DNA from: Candidatus Krumholzibacteriia bacterium
Lineage (GTDB): Bacteria > Krumholzibacteriota > Krumholzibacteriia > JAJRXK01
NCBI GenBank assembly: GCA_041484665.1
Contig: JBGPIA010000002.1
Coordinates: forward strand, 544,001-608,000
Length of the DNA: 64,000 bases
Direction of reading: 5' to 3'
A program made the position numbers and the translations under genes. Shown one piece after another: positions 27,051 through 38,900 of the stretch. The number at the start of each line of letters is the position of its first letter. Position 1 is the first letter of the stretch. The notes under the pieces were generated by a model, which made no database searches, was not told the origin of the DNA, and saw nothing but the letters and a program-made list of their open reading frames with translations.

Positions 27051-28370
27051 GTGCCGCAGGACGAGGTCCCCGTGCTCAGGACACGGCAGAGGCTCGGGAA
27101 GTACCGCATCGATCGGCGGCTGGGCGAGGGCGGCTTCGGGCACGTGTACCGCGCCTACGACACCGTCGAGGGGATCAAGGTCGCGCTCAAGGTTCCCCAT
27201 GCCTACCAGGCGACGCCCAGGATCCTGGAGGACTTCCGTCGCGAGGTGCGCCTCAGCGCCTCCCTCGACCATCCCAACATCCTGCCCATCAAGTACGCCG
27301 GGTTCGTCGAGGATCACTTCGTCATCGTCTACCCGGCCGGCGAGCGCACGCTCGCCGATCGCCTGCGCAGCCGCCTCTCGCTCAAGGCGGCGCTCGGCTA
27401 CGGCGGGCAGATGCTGGAGGCGCTGGCCCACGCGCACGCCCGCCATGTGATCCACTGCGACGTCAAGCCGGAGAACTTCATCCTGTTCGGCGGAGACCGG
27501 CTGCGCCTGACCGACTTCGGAATCGCCAAGCTCGCCCGCGGCACGCTCACGGCGTCGGGTAGCGGCACGGTGGGCTACCTCTCGCCGGAGCAGGCGCTCG
27601 GCAAGCCGTCGTTCCGCTCCGACGTCTTCTCGGCCGGGCTGCTCCTGTACCGGATGCTGTCCAGCGAACTGCCGGAATGGCCGTTCGCGTGGCCGCCTCC
27701 GGGCTACGCGCGCCTGCGGCCCCGCGTGCATCCAGACCTGCTGGCGTTCCTGCGCCGCGCCATGGAGGTGGACCAGCGCAAGCGCTTCGCCGACGCCACG
27801 CAGATGCTCGCCGCCTTCCGCCGCGTGCAGCGCCACGCTCTCAAGCCCGCCGTGCCGCGCCGCCGGCGCGCTCAGCCCGCGGCGAGCGCGCACTGGAAGG
27901 TGATCCGCGTGCAGCAGTTCCTTCGCCTCTACGCCCGCCGGCTGGAGATCCGCGGCCGGTGCGGGCGCTGCGCCGGGCCGCTGGGCGAGCGCATGCAGGC
28001 GTGCCCGTGGTGTGGAGCGGAGCAGCGCTCCTATCGCGGCCCGTCGCGCTATCCGCGCCGCTGCCCGCGCTGCCGCCGCGGTGTGAAGCTGGACTGGAGG
28101 TTCTGCTCGTGGTGCTACGGCTCGGCCATCGGGCCGGTCGCCGCGCAGGCGTACCGAGACGCGCGCTATGTCGCGCGTTGCGGCAACCGGGCCTGCCGCC
28201 GCCGGGTCCAGATGCCGTTCATGCGTTACTGCCCCTGGTGCCATCGCAAGCCACGCCGTGCCTGGCCCATCGAGGGCAGCACGCACCGCTGCCCGCGCTG
28301 CCGCTGGGGTGTCCTCCCCGACTTCTGGGCCTTCTGCCCCTGGTGCGCCCGGGCGCTGCGGGAGGCATGA
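27051..28370 (+). CDS. Hanks-type Ser/Thr protein kinase with C-terminal multi-zinc-ribbon region
   Basis: GEGGFG, ALK, HCDVKPEN, DFG, GTVGYLSPE; eight Cys-pair knuckles at the C-terminus; no TM segment. Confidence 0.93.
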   Translation: MPQDEVPVLRTRQRLGKYRIDRRLGEGGFGHVYRAYDTVEGIKVALKVPHAYQATPRILEDFRREVRLSASLDHPNILPIKYAGFVEDHFVIVYPAGERTLADRLRSRLSLKAALGYGGQMLEALAHAHARHVIHCDVKPENFILFGGDRLRLTDFGIAKLARGTLTASGSGTVGYLSPEQALGKPSFRSDVFSAGLLLYRMLSSELPEWPFAWPPPGYARLRPRVHPDLLAFLRRAMEVDQRKRFADATQMLAAFRRVQRHALKPAVPRRRRAQPAASAHWKVIRVQQFLRLYARRLEIRGRCGRCAGPLGERMQACPWCGAEQRSYRGPSRYPRRCPRCRRGVKLDWRFCSWCYGSAIGPVAAQAYRDARYVARCGNRACRRRVQMPFMRYCPWCHRKPRRAWPIEGSTHRCPRCRWGVLPDFWAFCPWCARALREA

Positions 28371-28376
28371 GGCCCC

Positions 28377-29201
28377 ATGGCGCTCCCGTTGCTCGAGCCG
28401 CTGTTGTGCTGCGAGCAGGACCTCCTGCAGCTGCACGCCGGTGCGCTCGCCCAGGGAGCCGTCGCGCTGTATACGGCGAAGTCGCCGCTGCGCACCGACG
28501 CCAGCGAGGACGCCTGCGCCGCCATCCCGCTCGACTCGCAGCGTGCCGTGCTCGCCGTGGCCGATGGCGTGGGCGGGCTCCCCTGCGCCGCGGAGGCCGC
28601 GCGCCTGGCGCTCACCGCGCTCGCGCACGCCGTGGTGCGCGCGGTAAAGGAGCACGGCGCGCTGCGCGAGGCGATCCTCGAGGGCTTCGACGGGGCGAAC
28701 CGTGCCGTGACCGCTCTGGGGGTCGGAGCCGCCACGACGCTGGCCGTTGCCGAGATCCGCGGGCGCGTCGCGCGCAGCTACCACGTGGGGGACAGCGGAG
28801 TACTGGTCACCGGGGCGCGGGGCAAGCTCAAGCTGCAGACGCTCTCCCACTCCCCGGTCGGCTACGCGGTGGAGTCGGGGCTGCTCGACGCCCGCGCGGC
28901 GATGCAGCACGAGGATCGCCACTTGATCTCCAACATGGTCGGCTCGGCCTCGATGCGCGTCGAGATGGGGCCGCTGCTGGAGCTCGCCCCGCGCGACACG
29001 CTGCTCATCGCCAGCGACGGGTTGCTGGACAATCTGCACCTCCATGAGATCGTCGAGCGCATGCGCAAGGGGACGTTGGACGAGGCCGCGCAGGCGCTGG
29101 CGGAGGCGTGCCAGCGGCGGATGCTGCAGGCGACCGACGGAGAGCCCAGCAAGCCCGACGACGTGACGATCGTGCTCTACCGGCCGCGTCCGGCGTCGTA
29201 A
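28377..29201 (+). CDS. PP2C/PPM-family Ser/Thr phosphatase
   Basis: SEDA, VADGVGG, HVGDS, ASDGL, DDVT motifs. Confidence 0.9.
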   Translation: MALPLLEPLLCCEQDLLQLHAGALAQGAVALYTAKSPLRTDASEDACAAIPLDSQRAVLAVADGVGGLPCAAEAARLALTALAHAVVRAVKEHGALREAILEGFDGANRAVTALGVGAATTLAVAEIRGRVARSYHVGDSGVLVTGARGKLKLQTLSHSPVGYAVESGLLDARAAMQHEDRHLISNMVGSASMRVEMGPLLELAPRDTLLIASDGLLDNLHLHEIVERMRKGTLDEAAQALAEACQRRMLQATDGEPSKPDDVTIVLYRPRPAS

Positions 29202-29259
29202 GGCGTGCGCTACGCGCCACCCGGGGCGGCGCTTGGGCCCCAGGCCGGCCCTCCCGCGC

Positions 29260-30402
29260 TCAGATGCTGCCGCGCACCTGCGGCTGACGCATGCGCCAGA
29301 GCACCCCGTCATAGTCGAAGTGCATGAGAGATTGATAGATTCCCCAGAAGAAGATCCAGCGCGCAGCCGGCGTCCCCGCCAACACGATGGGAGGGTGGTG
29401 CGCAAAGACGTACTGCCCGTAATAACGCAACCACACGTAGCCCCCGCCCGTGACCGCCAGCAGCACTGCGTAGAAGAGCCACGGTCGCCGCAGCAGCCGC
29501 GCCATCGCCGTGACCTGGGTCGTCGCGCCGGCGTAGCGACGGCGCTGGAAGGCCCACACGAAGACCATGTACTCCACGGCGTGGCTGAATGCGTACGCCA
29601 AGTAGACCTTCAGGGGATTGCACACCAGGAAGCTCGCGGCCAAGAGGGTCATCGCCGCCGCCATCGACAGGCGCGCCGGGTGGCGCAGGCCGAAGGTGCG
29701 GCGCTCGTGGCGCAGGAACACCAGCAGCGATGCGGCGACGCAGGCGATGGAGGGCAAGAGCAACAGCGGCCGCAGGCGCGCGAGCGTGTCCACCAGCGGA
29801 AGCAGGTAGGCGTCCACCGCCCGGGCGTGCTCCACCAGCAGGTCTCGGTGCGCGGGCCCGAGGTAGACGAAATACAGCGGCATCCAGCCCAGGATGAGCC
29901 ACCGGTCGACCCAGCCTGGGACCCCCGGCCCAGCGCCGCGCGCCTTCGCGTTGTACAGGCGCAGGATGCCGTACTTCTGCATGTAGACATGCCACAGGTT
30001 CCACAGCGCCGCCGCAAACGCGACGGCACCGATCGCGGCGCGCCCGCCCGGCGTGCGCCAGAGCGGCGGGCTGGCCAAGAGCGCCGCTACCATGAGCACC
30101 GGCGCCACGATGAAGCGCAACCGGCGTTGCACGAAGACCTGCCGGTCGAGGTAGACGTAGGGCAGGCTGAAGTGCCGGTGGGCGAAGGTCACGGTCATGA
30201 TGGCTGCGTACAGCAGCACGTAATCGCCCGGCTGCTGCCCCCCGCCCAGGAGCAACGGCAGCAGCACCCACAGCCAGCTGAAGTGGTACGCCACGACGTC
30301 GATCAGGGGCGTCACGTGCCAGAGCGCCGCACCGCGCTCGGCGCGCGGCAGCCGCAGCAGACGCGACAGCGCGCCCGGCACCGTGGCCAGGGCCTCAGCC
30401 AT
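29260..30402 (-). CDS. Polytopic membrane protein with conserved-looking His motifs, function unknown
   Basis: About nine or ten TM helices; [36 protein letters not shown] overlaps the carB stop. Confidence 0.75.
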   Translation of the reverse strand: MAEALATVPGALSRLLRLPRAERGAALWHVTPLIDVVAYHFSWLWVLLPLLLGGGQQPGDYVLLYAAIMTVTFAHRHFSLPYVYLDRQVFVQRRLRFIVAPVLMVAALLASPPLWRTPGGRAAIGAVAFAAALWNLWHVYMQKYGILRLYNAKARGAGPGVPGWVDRWLILGWMPLYFVYLGPAHRDLLVEHARAVDAYLLPLVDTLARLRPLLLLPSIACVAASLLVFLRHERRTFGLRHPARLSMAAAMTLLAASFLVCNPLKVYLAYAFSHAVEYMVFVWAFQRRRYAGATTQVTAMARLLRRPWLFYAVLLAVTGGGYVWLRYYGQYVFAHHPPIVLAGTPAARWIFFWGIYQSLMHFDYDGVLWRMRQPQVRGSI

Positions 30403-33400
30403 GATCGGCGGCGACGCGCAGCTGCACGCCCAGTACGGGACCGGCGAGCGGCTGTGCGCGGCGCTCGTGGAGCTCCTGCAGGCAGAGGACGTCCCCGCCG
30501 CGGTCCCCCAGCTCGCGCAGAGCGGCCACCGCGGCCAGGCCCGCCTCGAGGGTGGTGAGGAAAGGAATCCCAGCGGCGACGCAGGCACGGCGAATCGCCT
30601 CGTCGTCGCGGCGGGCCCGCGGGCCGAGCGGGGTGCTCAACACCAGCTGCAGCTGCCGGGCGAGGATGCGCTCGACCACGTTGGGCGAGCCGCCGCCGGC
30701 CCGCGCCAGAACCTCGAGCGAAAACCCGTGCTCGCGCAGGAACTGCGCCGTGCCCTCGGTGGCGAAGAGCGAGAAGCCCAGCGCGCGCAGGCGTGTGGCC
30801 ACGGGCACGAGCCCCATGCGGTCCTGCTCCCGCACCGAGAGGCAAGCTGCCCCCGATCGTGGCAGCGGCTCGCCGATGCCAGCGTAGGCCTTCGCGAAGG
30901 CGGGACCGAAGCGGAACGCCGCGCCCATGGACTCCCCGGTGCTGCGCATCTCGGGGCCGGGGTAGACGTCGGAACCCGGGAATTTGTGGTAGGGGAAGGC
31001 GCAGGCCTTCACGCTCACGTGGCGCGGCGGCGGCTCCTCCGTCACCTCCAGCTCCGCCAGGGTCTTGCCCGCCATGAGCAGCGCCGCCAGCCCGGCCACC
31101 GGCCGGCCGGTGGCGCGGCTGACGAAGGGGATCGTGCGGCTGCTGCGCGGATTCGCCTCCAAGACGTAGACGCGATCCTCCTGGACGGCGAATTGCACGT
31201 TCATCGGACCCACCACGCGCAGCGTGAGCGCCAACCGCCGCGCGGCATCGGCCATCGCCTCGAGCACATGCTTCTGCACGCCCAGCGGGGGCAGGATGCA
31301 GGCGCTGTCGCCGCTGTGGATGCCGGCGTGCTCGATGTGCTGCATCACGCCGCAGATCACGGCCTGCCGGCCATCGCACAGGAGGTCCACATCGAACTCC
31401 AGCGCCTCCTCCAGAAAGCGGTCGATGAGCAGCGGACGGCCCGGGCCGAACTCAACGCGGGAGGCGACGCCCTGCGGCCCCTCGCCGGTCATGCCCGCCA
31501 GCGCTGCGCGCAGGTCATCCTCGTTGTCGCAGATGGTCATCGCGCGTCCCCCCAGCACGTAGCTGGGGCGCACCAGCACCGGGTAACCGATGCGCGCCGC
31601 ATGCTGCAGCGCCTGCACCGGATCCGTTGCCATCGCGCCCTCGGGCAGGCGCAGCCCGAGCTTTACGACCAGCTCGTAGAATTTCTCGCGGTCCTCGGCG
31701 ATGTCGATGGACGCGGCCGGAGTCCCCCAGATGGGAACGCCTTCCCGTTCCAGCGCCCGCGCCAGCGAGAGCGGAGTCTGTCCCCCGAGCGTGACGATCA
31801 CACCGTCGGGCCGCTCGCGGTGGAGGATCTCCATCACGTCCTCGAAGGTGAGCGGCTCGAAATACAGGCGGTCGGCGACGTCGTAATCGGTGCTGACGGT
31901 CTCGGGGTTGCAGTTGACCATGATGGTCTCGATCCCCTGCTGCTTGAGAGCCAAGGCGGCCTCCACGCAGCAGGTGTCGAACTCGATCCCCTGGCCGATG
32001 CGGTTGGGTCCGCTACCGAGGATGACGACCTTGCGCCGGTCCGTGCGCGGCGCCTCGTCCTCGTCCTCGTAGCAGGAGTACAGGTACGGCGTGTGGGCCT
32101 CGAACTCGGCCGCACAGGTGTCGACGGCCTTGTAGACCGGCCGCACGCCCTGGGCGCGGCGGTGTTCGGCCAGCGTCCGCTCGTCGACTCCACACAGCGC
32201 GGCGAGCTGCCGGTCGGAGAAGCCCAGCCGCTTGGCCTCGCGCAACTCTGCGCGCGACGGCAGCCCGCCACGAGTGGCGCAGCGCCGGCGCAGCTCCTCT
32301 TCGGCCTCCACCATCGCGCGGATGCCGTTCAGGAACCACGGATCGATCGCCGTCAGCGCGTAGAGCTCCTCGGTCGTGAGACCGGCACGGTAGCCGTCGC
32401 GCAGGACGCGGATGCGGTCGGGGCGCGCCTGGCGCAGCGCCTCCCGCACCGCGGCGGGATCGCGCAGCTGCGGGTCAAGACCCAGCCCGCTGCCGCCGTC
32501 CTCCAGCGCGCGCAGCCCCTTGCCCAGCGCCTCGGCGAAGGTGCGGCCGATGGCCATCGTCTCGCCCACGCTCTTCATCTGCGTCGTGAGCGTGTCGTCG
32601 GCGCCCGGGAACTTCTCGAAGGCGAAGCGCGGCACCTTCACCACCACATAATCCAGCGCCGGCTCGAAGCTGGCAGGAGTCACCTGCGTGATGTCATTGC
32701 GCAGCTCGTCGAGCGTGTAACCCACGGCGAGGCGGGCAGCGATTTTGGCGATGGGGAAGCCGGTGGCTTTGCTGGCCAGGGCGCTGCTGCGGCTGACGCG
32801 CGGGTTCACTTCGATCACGCGCCGCTTACCGTCGCGCGGGTCCACGGCGAACTGGATGTTGCAGCCACCGGTCTCGATTCCCAAGGCGCGGATGGCCTTC
32901 AGCGCGTCGTCGCGCATGGCCTGGTACTCGACGTCGCTGAGGGTCTGCACCGGAGCGACAGTGATGCTGTCGCCGGTGTGGATGCCCATGGGGTCGAGGT
33001 TCTCGATCCCGCACACGATCACGGCGTTGTCCGCCCGGTCGCGCATCACCTCCAGCTCGAACTCCTTCCAGCCCAGCAGCGACTCCTCCACCAGCACCTG
33101 CCCGGCGGGGCTCTGGTCCAGCGCCCAGCGCACCGCGCGGTCGAGCTCCTCGAAGCTGCGCGCCACGGCGCCGCCGGAGCCGCCCAGCGTGAACGACGGG
33201 CGCAGCACCAGCGGGAAACCGATCGCGCGGGCCACCGCGCGCGCCTGCTCGGCGCTGCGCGCGAAGCCCCCGCGCGGGGTGGCGATCCCGATGCCCCGCA
33301 TCGTCTGCTCGAAGAGCTGGCGATCCTCCGCCATGCGGATCGTCTCGACGCGCGCGCCCAGCAGCTCGACCGAGTAGCGCTCCAGCACCCCGCTCTCGGC

Positions 33401-33706
33401 CAGGCGCACGGCCAGGTTGAGCGCCGTTTGCCCGCCCATGGTGGCCAAGAGCGCCTGCGGCCGCTCGCGCTCGATCACGCGCTCGACGGTGGCGGGCAGC
33501 AGGGGCTCGACGTAGGTGCGGTCCGCCAGGCGTGGGTCGGTCATCACGCTGGCCGGGTTGTTGTTGACCAACACCACGCGGTAGCCCTCGGCCTTGAGCG
33601 CGCGCACGGCCTGGGTCCCCGAGTAGTCGAACTCGCAGGCCTGTCCGATCACGATCGGCCCGGAGCCCAGCAGCAGGATGGTGTGGAGATCGTCCCGGCG
33701 CGGCAT
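30395..33706 (-). CDS. carB: Carbamoyl-phosphate synthase large chain
   Basis: '[20 protein letters not shown]', duplicated ATP-grasp domains, '[14 protein letters not shown]', C-terminal MGS-like domain. Confidence 0.98.
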   Translation of the reverse strand: MPRRDDLHTILLLGSGPIVIGQACEFDYSGTQAVRALKAEGYRVVLVNNNPASVMTDPRLADRTYVEPLLPATVERVIERERPQALLATMGGQTALNLAVRLAESGVLERYSVELLGARVETIRMAEDRQLFEQTMRGIGIATPRGGFARSAEQARAVARAIGFPLVLRPSFTLGGSGGAVARSFEELDRAVRWALDQSPAGQVLVEESLLGWKEFELEVMRDRADNAVIVCGIENLDPMGIHTGDSITVAPVQTLSDVEYQAMRDDALKAIRALGIETGGCNIQFAVDPRDGKRRVIEVNPRVSRSSALASKATGFPIAKIAARLAVGYTLDELRNDITQVTPASFEPALDYVVVKVPRFAFEKFPGADDTLTTQMKSVGETMAIGRTFAEALGKGLRALEDGGSGLGLDPQLRDPAAVREALRQARPDRIRVLRDGYRAGLTTEELYALTAIDPWFLNGIRAMVEAEEELRRRCATRGGLPSRAELREAKRLGFSDRQLAALCGVDERTLAEHRRAQGVRPVYKAVDTCAAEFEAHTPYLYSCYEDEDEAPRTDRRKVVILGSGPNRIGQGIEFDTCCVEAALALKQQGIETIMVNCNPETVSTDYDVADRLYFEPLTFEDVMEILHRERPDGVIVTLGGQTPLSLARALEREGVPIWGTPAASIDIAEDREKFYELVVKLGLRLPEGAMATDPVQALQHAARIGYPVLVRPSYVLGGRAMTICDNEDDLRAALAGMTGEGPQGVASRVEFGPGRPLLIDRFLEEALEFDVDLLCDGRQAVICGVMQHIEHAGIHSGDSACILPPLGVQKHVLEAMADAARRLALTLRVVGPMNVQFAVQEDRVYVLEANPRSSRTIPFVSRATGRPVAGLAALLMAGKTLAELEVTEEPPPRHVSVKACAFPYHKFPGSDVYPGPEMRSTGESMGAAFRFGPAFAKAYAGIGEPLPRSGAACLSVREQDRMGLVPVATRLRALGFSLFATEGTAQFLREHGFSLEVLARAGGGSPNVVERILARQLQLVLSTPLGPRARRDDEAIRRACVAAGIPFLTTLEAGLAAVAALRELGDRGGDVLCLQELHERRAQPLAGPVLGVQLRVAADHG

Positions 33707-33709
33707 GGA

Positions 33710-34867
33710 TCAGCGCTCCCAGGGGCGTGGGTGCGCCAGCCGGGCCAGGAACTCGTCCATCAGCGGTACGGCATCGTGGGGGCCGGGCGCGGCTTCCGGG
33801 TGGTACTGGACCGCATACGCGCGCAGCTCATCGCTGGCGATTCCCTCGACGGTGCCGTCGAACAGGCTGCGGTGCGTCACGCGCATCGAGGTGCCCGACA
33901 GCGAGGCGGCGTCGACGGAGAATCCGTGATTCTGGCTCGTGATGGACACCTGACCGGTGCGCTCGTCGCGCACGGGGTGGTTGGCTCCATGATGCCCGAA
34001 GGGGAGCTTGTAGGTGCGAGCGCCCGCGGCCAGCGCCAGGATCTGGTGTCCGAGGCAGATGCCGAAGATGGGGAGTCTGCCGAGCAGCGCGCGCGTGGCC
34101 GCGACCGCCGAGCTGCAGGCCGCCGGATCGCCGGGCCCGTTGGACAGCAACACCCCATCGGGGCGCGTATCGAGCACCTGCTCGGCGCTGGCGGAGGCCG
34201 GAAGCAGCGTGACCCTGCAGCCGGCGGCGACGAAGTGGGCCAGGATGCTGCGCTTGGCGCCAAAGTGCAGCGCGGCCAGGCATAAGCGCGGCGGGCCGGC
34301 GGTGGGCTCGAGGACCTCCGGTGCGCTGAGGGTGACGCGGGTGGTGAGCTCGCTGCCTTCCATCAGCGGGATCGCGCGCGCGCGCTCCATCAGCGCGGCG
34401 CCGAATCCCTGCTCGTCCGCCGGCGAGGCGGCGACTGCGGGCGGCAGCAGCGCCAGCACGCCGCGCAGCGCGCCGCGCGTGCGCAGCCGTCGGGTGATCA
34501 TGCGCGTGTCTACCCCTTCCACGGCCAGCACCCCCGCCTCCTCCAGCACCTGCTCCAGCCGCGCAGAGCGCCGCGCACCGCTGCGGGATCGACAGAGCTC
34601 GCGCACCACCAGGCCCGCCACCTGGACGCGCGATGACTCACCGTCGCCGTCGGGCATGCCGTAGTTGCCGGCGTGGGGGTAGGTCAAGAGCACGATCTGA
34701 CCGCAGTAGCTGGGATCGGTGAGGATCTCGGGGTATCCGGTCATCCCGGTGTGGAAGACGACCTCGCCCACGCCCTCGCCGCGCAGGCAGCCGAAGGCGG
34801 CGCCGCGGGCGATCGTGCCGTCCTCCAGAGCCAGCAGCGCGGGCGGTCCCGACGGCAGCAGGGTCAC
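33710..34867 (-). CDS. carA: Carbamoyl-phosphate synthase small chain
   Basis: 'GEVVFHTGMTGYPEILTDPSY', 'SNGPGDP', 'GICLGHQ', 'QYHPE'. GTG follows GGGAGG. Confidence 0.97.
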   Translation of the reverse strand: MTLLPSGPPALLALEDGTIARGAAFGCLRGEGVGEVVFHTGMTGYPEILTDPSYCGQIVLLTYPHAGNYGMPDGDGESSRVQVAGLVVRELCRSRSGARRSARLEQVLEEAGVLAVEGVDTRMITRRLRTRGALRGVLALLPPAVAASPADEQGFGAALMERARAIPLMEGSELTTRVTLSAPEVLEPTAGPPRLCLAALHFGAKRSILAHFVAAGCRVTLLPASASAEQVLDTRPDGVLLSNGPGDPAACSSAVAATRALLGRLPIFGICLGHQILALAAGARTYKLPFGHHGANHPVRDERTGQVSITSQNHGFSVDAASLSGTSMRVTHRSLFDGTVEGIASDELRAYAVQYHPEAAPGPHDAVPLMDEFLARLAHPRPWER

Positions 34868-34922
34868 GGGCGCCTCCCGGCACGCCCCGACGCGCGGCCG
34901 CGCGCCCGAGAGTCTGCGCACG

Positions 34923-34950
34923 AAAACGCCCGCCCCACACGGGACGGGCG
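34923..34950 (-). terminator. Intrinsic terminator inside the carAB 5' leader
   Basis: Minus strand CGCCCGTCCC-GTGT-GGGGCGGGCG (10-bp stem with one G-U pair) followed by TTTT. Confidence 0.6.
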
Positions 34951-35069
34951 CAGCGCGCAGGCCTGCTTCTTCCGGGGGACAAGCTGCGGGCCAGCCAATC
35001 CTGCCTCCTGCAACCGGGCCGCGACGGCAGAGAGGAGTGGCCCCAGGGCCCCCTCACAAGATCGGCGTG

Positions 35070-35098
35070 ACATTACCCACGGCGCGCGCCGCTGTCAA
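35070..35098 (-). promoter_or_regulatory. sigma70-type promoter upstream of carA
   Basis: Minus strand TTGACA-N17-TAATGT. Confidence 0.7.
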
Positions 35099-35178
35099 GG
35101 CGCAGCCGCGCAGTCCGCAAGCCGCGGCTCCGCCCGCCACGGTCACGTCGTGTCGGCAGCCTCCAGTCGCCACCGCGC

Positions 35179-35583
35179 TCACGCGCGCCGGATGTCGGGC
35201 GGTCGCCCCATCAGCCGTAGCGTGACCACGCGCACCAACCGGATGAGTGGATAGAGCAGGCGGACCAGTCCCGGCACGCGAACCACCACCCGCGCCAGCC
35301 GGTCCAGCGGGCGCAGCGGCGATGTCATCGCATCCAGCATCACGATGGCGGCGGCGCCGTGGTAGAGACGGCCGTCCACCTCCAGGATCATGCCGCGGTC
35401 GATGTCGTAGCCGCGGGCCGCGTACTGCTCGACCAGCCCCGGCTGCTGCCGAGCATCCAGCAGCGTGAGCCCGTAGCGGTCGCGCAGCCGCACCCAGGCC
35501 CCATAGCGGCTGCAGAAGGGGCAATCGCCGTCGTACAGCAGGAGGGCTCGCGACGCCTGGGACGCCGGCGTTGGGCTGGTCAT
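35179..35583 (-). CDS. DCC1-like (DUF393) thiol-disulfide oxidoreductase
   Basis: 'LLYDGDCPFC' DxxCxxC motif, 'GRLYHGAAA'. Confidence 0.88.
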   Translation of the reverse strand: MTSPTPASQASRALLLYDGDCPFCSRYGAWVRLRDRYGLTLLDARQQPGLVEQYAARGYDIDRGMILEVDGRLYHGAAAIVMLDAMTSPLRPLDRLARVVVRVPGLVRLLYPLIRLVRVVTLRLMGRPPDIRRA

Positions 35584-35928
35584 GCGCGTCCTTTGCTGCT
35601 GCCTCGGACTTGCGGCCGGCGCGGCGGAGAAGCCCCAAGCCCGCGCCAGGCCCCAGCTCGTGGCGGGTGTGAAGTGAATAGAAAGGCGAAGACCGTCGTG
35701 GCGGCAAGCCGCGCCCGGGCACGCTTGGACCGCCGCGGGCGCAGCCGCCGACCACGCGCGTAACCCGGTGCCAGCCCCAAGCGTACGATGGCGGGGCTGT
35801 GACCGATCGCGTGCGCCAGCCCGGACAGTTGGCGCTAGGTGACCGCGCCATGGCTTGTTAGCGTTGCCCGTCGCATCCCTCTGGTCCGCGTGACGCCACG
35901 CGCGGGCGCTGCCAGGAGATCCTCCACC

Positions 35929-38900
35929 ATGACGTATCGCGCACCGACCCTGCTCGCCCTGTTGCTCCCGGCGATGCTCGCCGCGGCTCTCCCCGCTCGG
36001 CGCATGGCGCTCGCGGCCGCGCCCTCCCCGACCTCTGGCGATACGCGCCTGATGCGCTTCCCGGACCTCTCCCGCGACCGGGTCGTCTTCACCTACGCGG
36101 GGGACCTGTGGACCATCCCGCGCGAGGGTGGCGAGGCGCGCAGGCTCACGGCGCACCCCGGCGACGAGCTGTTCCCGAAGTTCTCGCCGGACGGGCGTTG
36201 GATCGCCTTCAGCGGCGAGTACGACGGCAACGTCGACGTGTACGTCATCCCCGCCGAGGGCGGAGAGCCTCGGCGGCTGACCTGGCATCCCGCCGCCGAC
36301 CTCGTGCTCGACTGGAAGCCCGACGGCAAGCAGATCCTATTCCGCTCCACGCGCATCAGCTTCACGGAGCGGGTCCAGCGCCTATTCGAAGTCGGCATCG
36401 ACGGCGGTCTGGAACGGCCGTTGCCGCTGCCCTCGGGCGGGCTGGCCAGCTACTCGCCCGACGGCGGCAAACTCGCCTACAACCCCTCCTCCGCCGAATT
36501 CCGCACCTGGAAGCGTTACCGGGGCGGCTTCACCACGGCCATTGGCATCTACGACCTCCGCCAGAACAGCTACGAGGAGATCCCGCGCGACAACTCCAAC
36601 GACATGTTTCCGATGTGGTCGGGCAACGCGATCTACTTCGACTCCGACCGCGACGGGATCATGAATCTGTACCGCTACGACCTGGGCGACCGCAGCATCC
36701 GCCAGTTGACCCACGCCAGGGAGTACGACGTGAAGTGGCCGTCGCTGGGCGACGGTGCCATCGTCTACGAGGAGGGCGGCTGGCTGAACCTCCTCGATCT
36801 GGCCAGCGAGCAGAGCAAGCGTCTGCCGGTCCACGTCGACAGCGATAAGGTGATGGCGCGCCCCGAGCTGCGCAGTGTGTCGAGCTTCATCACCGCCGCC
36901 AGCCTCTCCCCCGGCGGAAAGCGCGTACTGATCGGCGCGCGCGGAGACGTGTTCACGGTGCCCGTGGAGCATGGCAGCGTGCGCAACCTGACCCAGAGCC
37001 CTGGGGTGCACGAGCTCAATCCCACCTGGTCACCCGACGGCGAGCAGATCGCCTATCTCTCCGACCGCAGCGGCGAGTACGAGCTGTACGTGCGCCCGCA
37101 GAAGGGCGGCGACGAGACGCGCATCACGCTCGACGGCGGCGTCTACCGCTACGGGCCCCTCTGGTCGCCCGATAGCAAGAAGCTCTTGTTCTGGGACAAG
37201 ACGCTGCGCCTGTGGTACGTGGACCTCGACCGGCGGACGCCGATCGAGATCGACCGCGAAGACTACCAGGACTTCGATGGTGGCGCCTGGTCCCCCGACA
37301 GCCGCTGGATCGCCTACACCAAGACCACCGCCGGCCAGACCCACGCGCTCTATCTCTACTCGCTGGAGAAGCGCGAGGTGACGCAGGTCAGCAGCGGCTT
37401 CTACGACGACCGCGCTCCGGCGTTCGCGCCCGACGGCAAGGTGCTCTACTTCATCTCGAGTCGGTACTTCCACCCGGCCGGCGACCGCTTCGACTGGCAC
37501 TTCGGCTACTTCGATACCGACGGGATCTTCGCGATCACGCTGCTGAAGGACGGGCCCAGCCCGTTCGGCCCGCGCAGCGACGAGGAGGGCCAGAAGGACG
37601 ACGAGGACGGCGGCAAGGACGGCAAGGGCGGGAAGGACACGAAGGACGCCAAGCAGGATGCCACGAAAGACACCAAGATAAAGGACGCCAAGGGAGGCGG
37701 CAGCGACGACGACCAGGGCGGCAAGAAAGAAGCTGTCGAGCCGGTCAAGGTCGACCTGGCAGGGCTGGGCGAGCGCATCGTGCCGGTGCCCGTCCCGCCC
37801 GGAAACTACTCGCTGCTGGGGCCATGCAAGGGAAAGCTGTTCTACCGCTCCACGCCGGTGCAGGCCCAGCAGCTTGGCCTGGACGAGCCCGACGATTCGC
37901 CCAGCACGCTGCACGTCTTCGATCTGAAGAAGCGCGAGGACAAGGTCGTCCTCGCCAGCATCACCCGATACGCTCTGGACAAGGAAGGCAGCAAGGTCCT
38001 CTACGTGGCCGGCCAGAAGTACGGAGTCGTGGACGCCGCCGATGGACAGAGTGTCGGCAAGGGCGCCGTCGACGTCTCCGGCCTGCAGACCTGGGTCGAT
38101 CCGCAGCAGGAGTGGAAGCAGCTGTTCCACGAGGCCTTGCGCATCGAGCGGGACTTCTACTGGGATCCGGCCATGAAGGGCTTGGACTGGAAGAAGATCG
38201 GCGACCGCTACGAGCAGCTGCTGCCCTACGTCGCACACCGCGGCGATCTCAACTATCTGATCGGTGAGCTGATCGGCGAGCTTTCGACCTCGCACACCTA
38301 CGTCAGTGGTGGCGATCTGCCAAAGCCCAAGCGCGTCAACGTCGGGCTGCTCGGCGTGGACTTCGAGGAGAGCGCGGGCTACTACCGCTTCGCGAAGATC
38401 TACAGCGGACAGAGCTGGAGCCCCCGCGCGCGGGCGCCGTTGGGCGAGCCGGGCCTGAAGGTTGCTGCGGGCAACTACCTGATCGCGGTCAACGGCCAGA
38501 GCGTGCGCGCTCCGGCGAACCCGTACTCGTTCTTCCAGGGCCTCGCCGACCAGGTGGTCACGCTCAAGCTCAACGACAAGCCCTCCACCGACGGGGCATG
38601 GGAGATTGTCGTTCAGACGCTGGGCAGCGAGACCCGCATGCGCTACCTCGACTGGGTCGAGGCCAACCGGCGCAAGGTGGCACAGGCCACCGGTGGCCGT
38701 GCCGGATACATGCACGTGCCCAACACGTTTACCGAGGGGCTGATCATGTTCGACCAGTACCTGTCGGCGCAGTTCGACAAGGACGGGCTGGTGATCGACG
38801 AGCGCTACAATTCCGGCGGCGCGATCCCCGATTTCTACACCGAGAAGCTCGGGCGGCGGCTGCTCGCGTTGCTGGCGCCCCGTGAGGGCAAGGACCAGCC

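Noticed and set aside
30383..34285. 1300-aa plus-strand ORF, and similar long ORFs at 1760-3925, 6950-10099, 26859-29405, 37030-39204, 40946-43849, 42670-45516 and 48671-51655
   Set aside because: Antisense shadows of well-supported genes; an expected result of stop-codon scarcity at high GC, with no recognisable motifs.
34962..34980. CCGGAAGAAGCAG (minus strand), resembling the SRP RNA core
   Set aside because: Lacks the upstream CAGG and the paired stem around the GGAA loop.
37580..37735. AAGGAC-rich repeats inside the tricorn gene
   Set aside because: Encode a Lys/Asp/Gly low-complexity loop; not a CRISPR array or mobile repeat.
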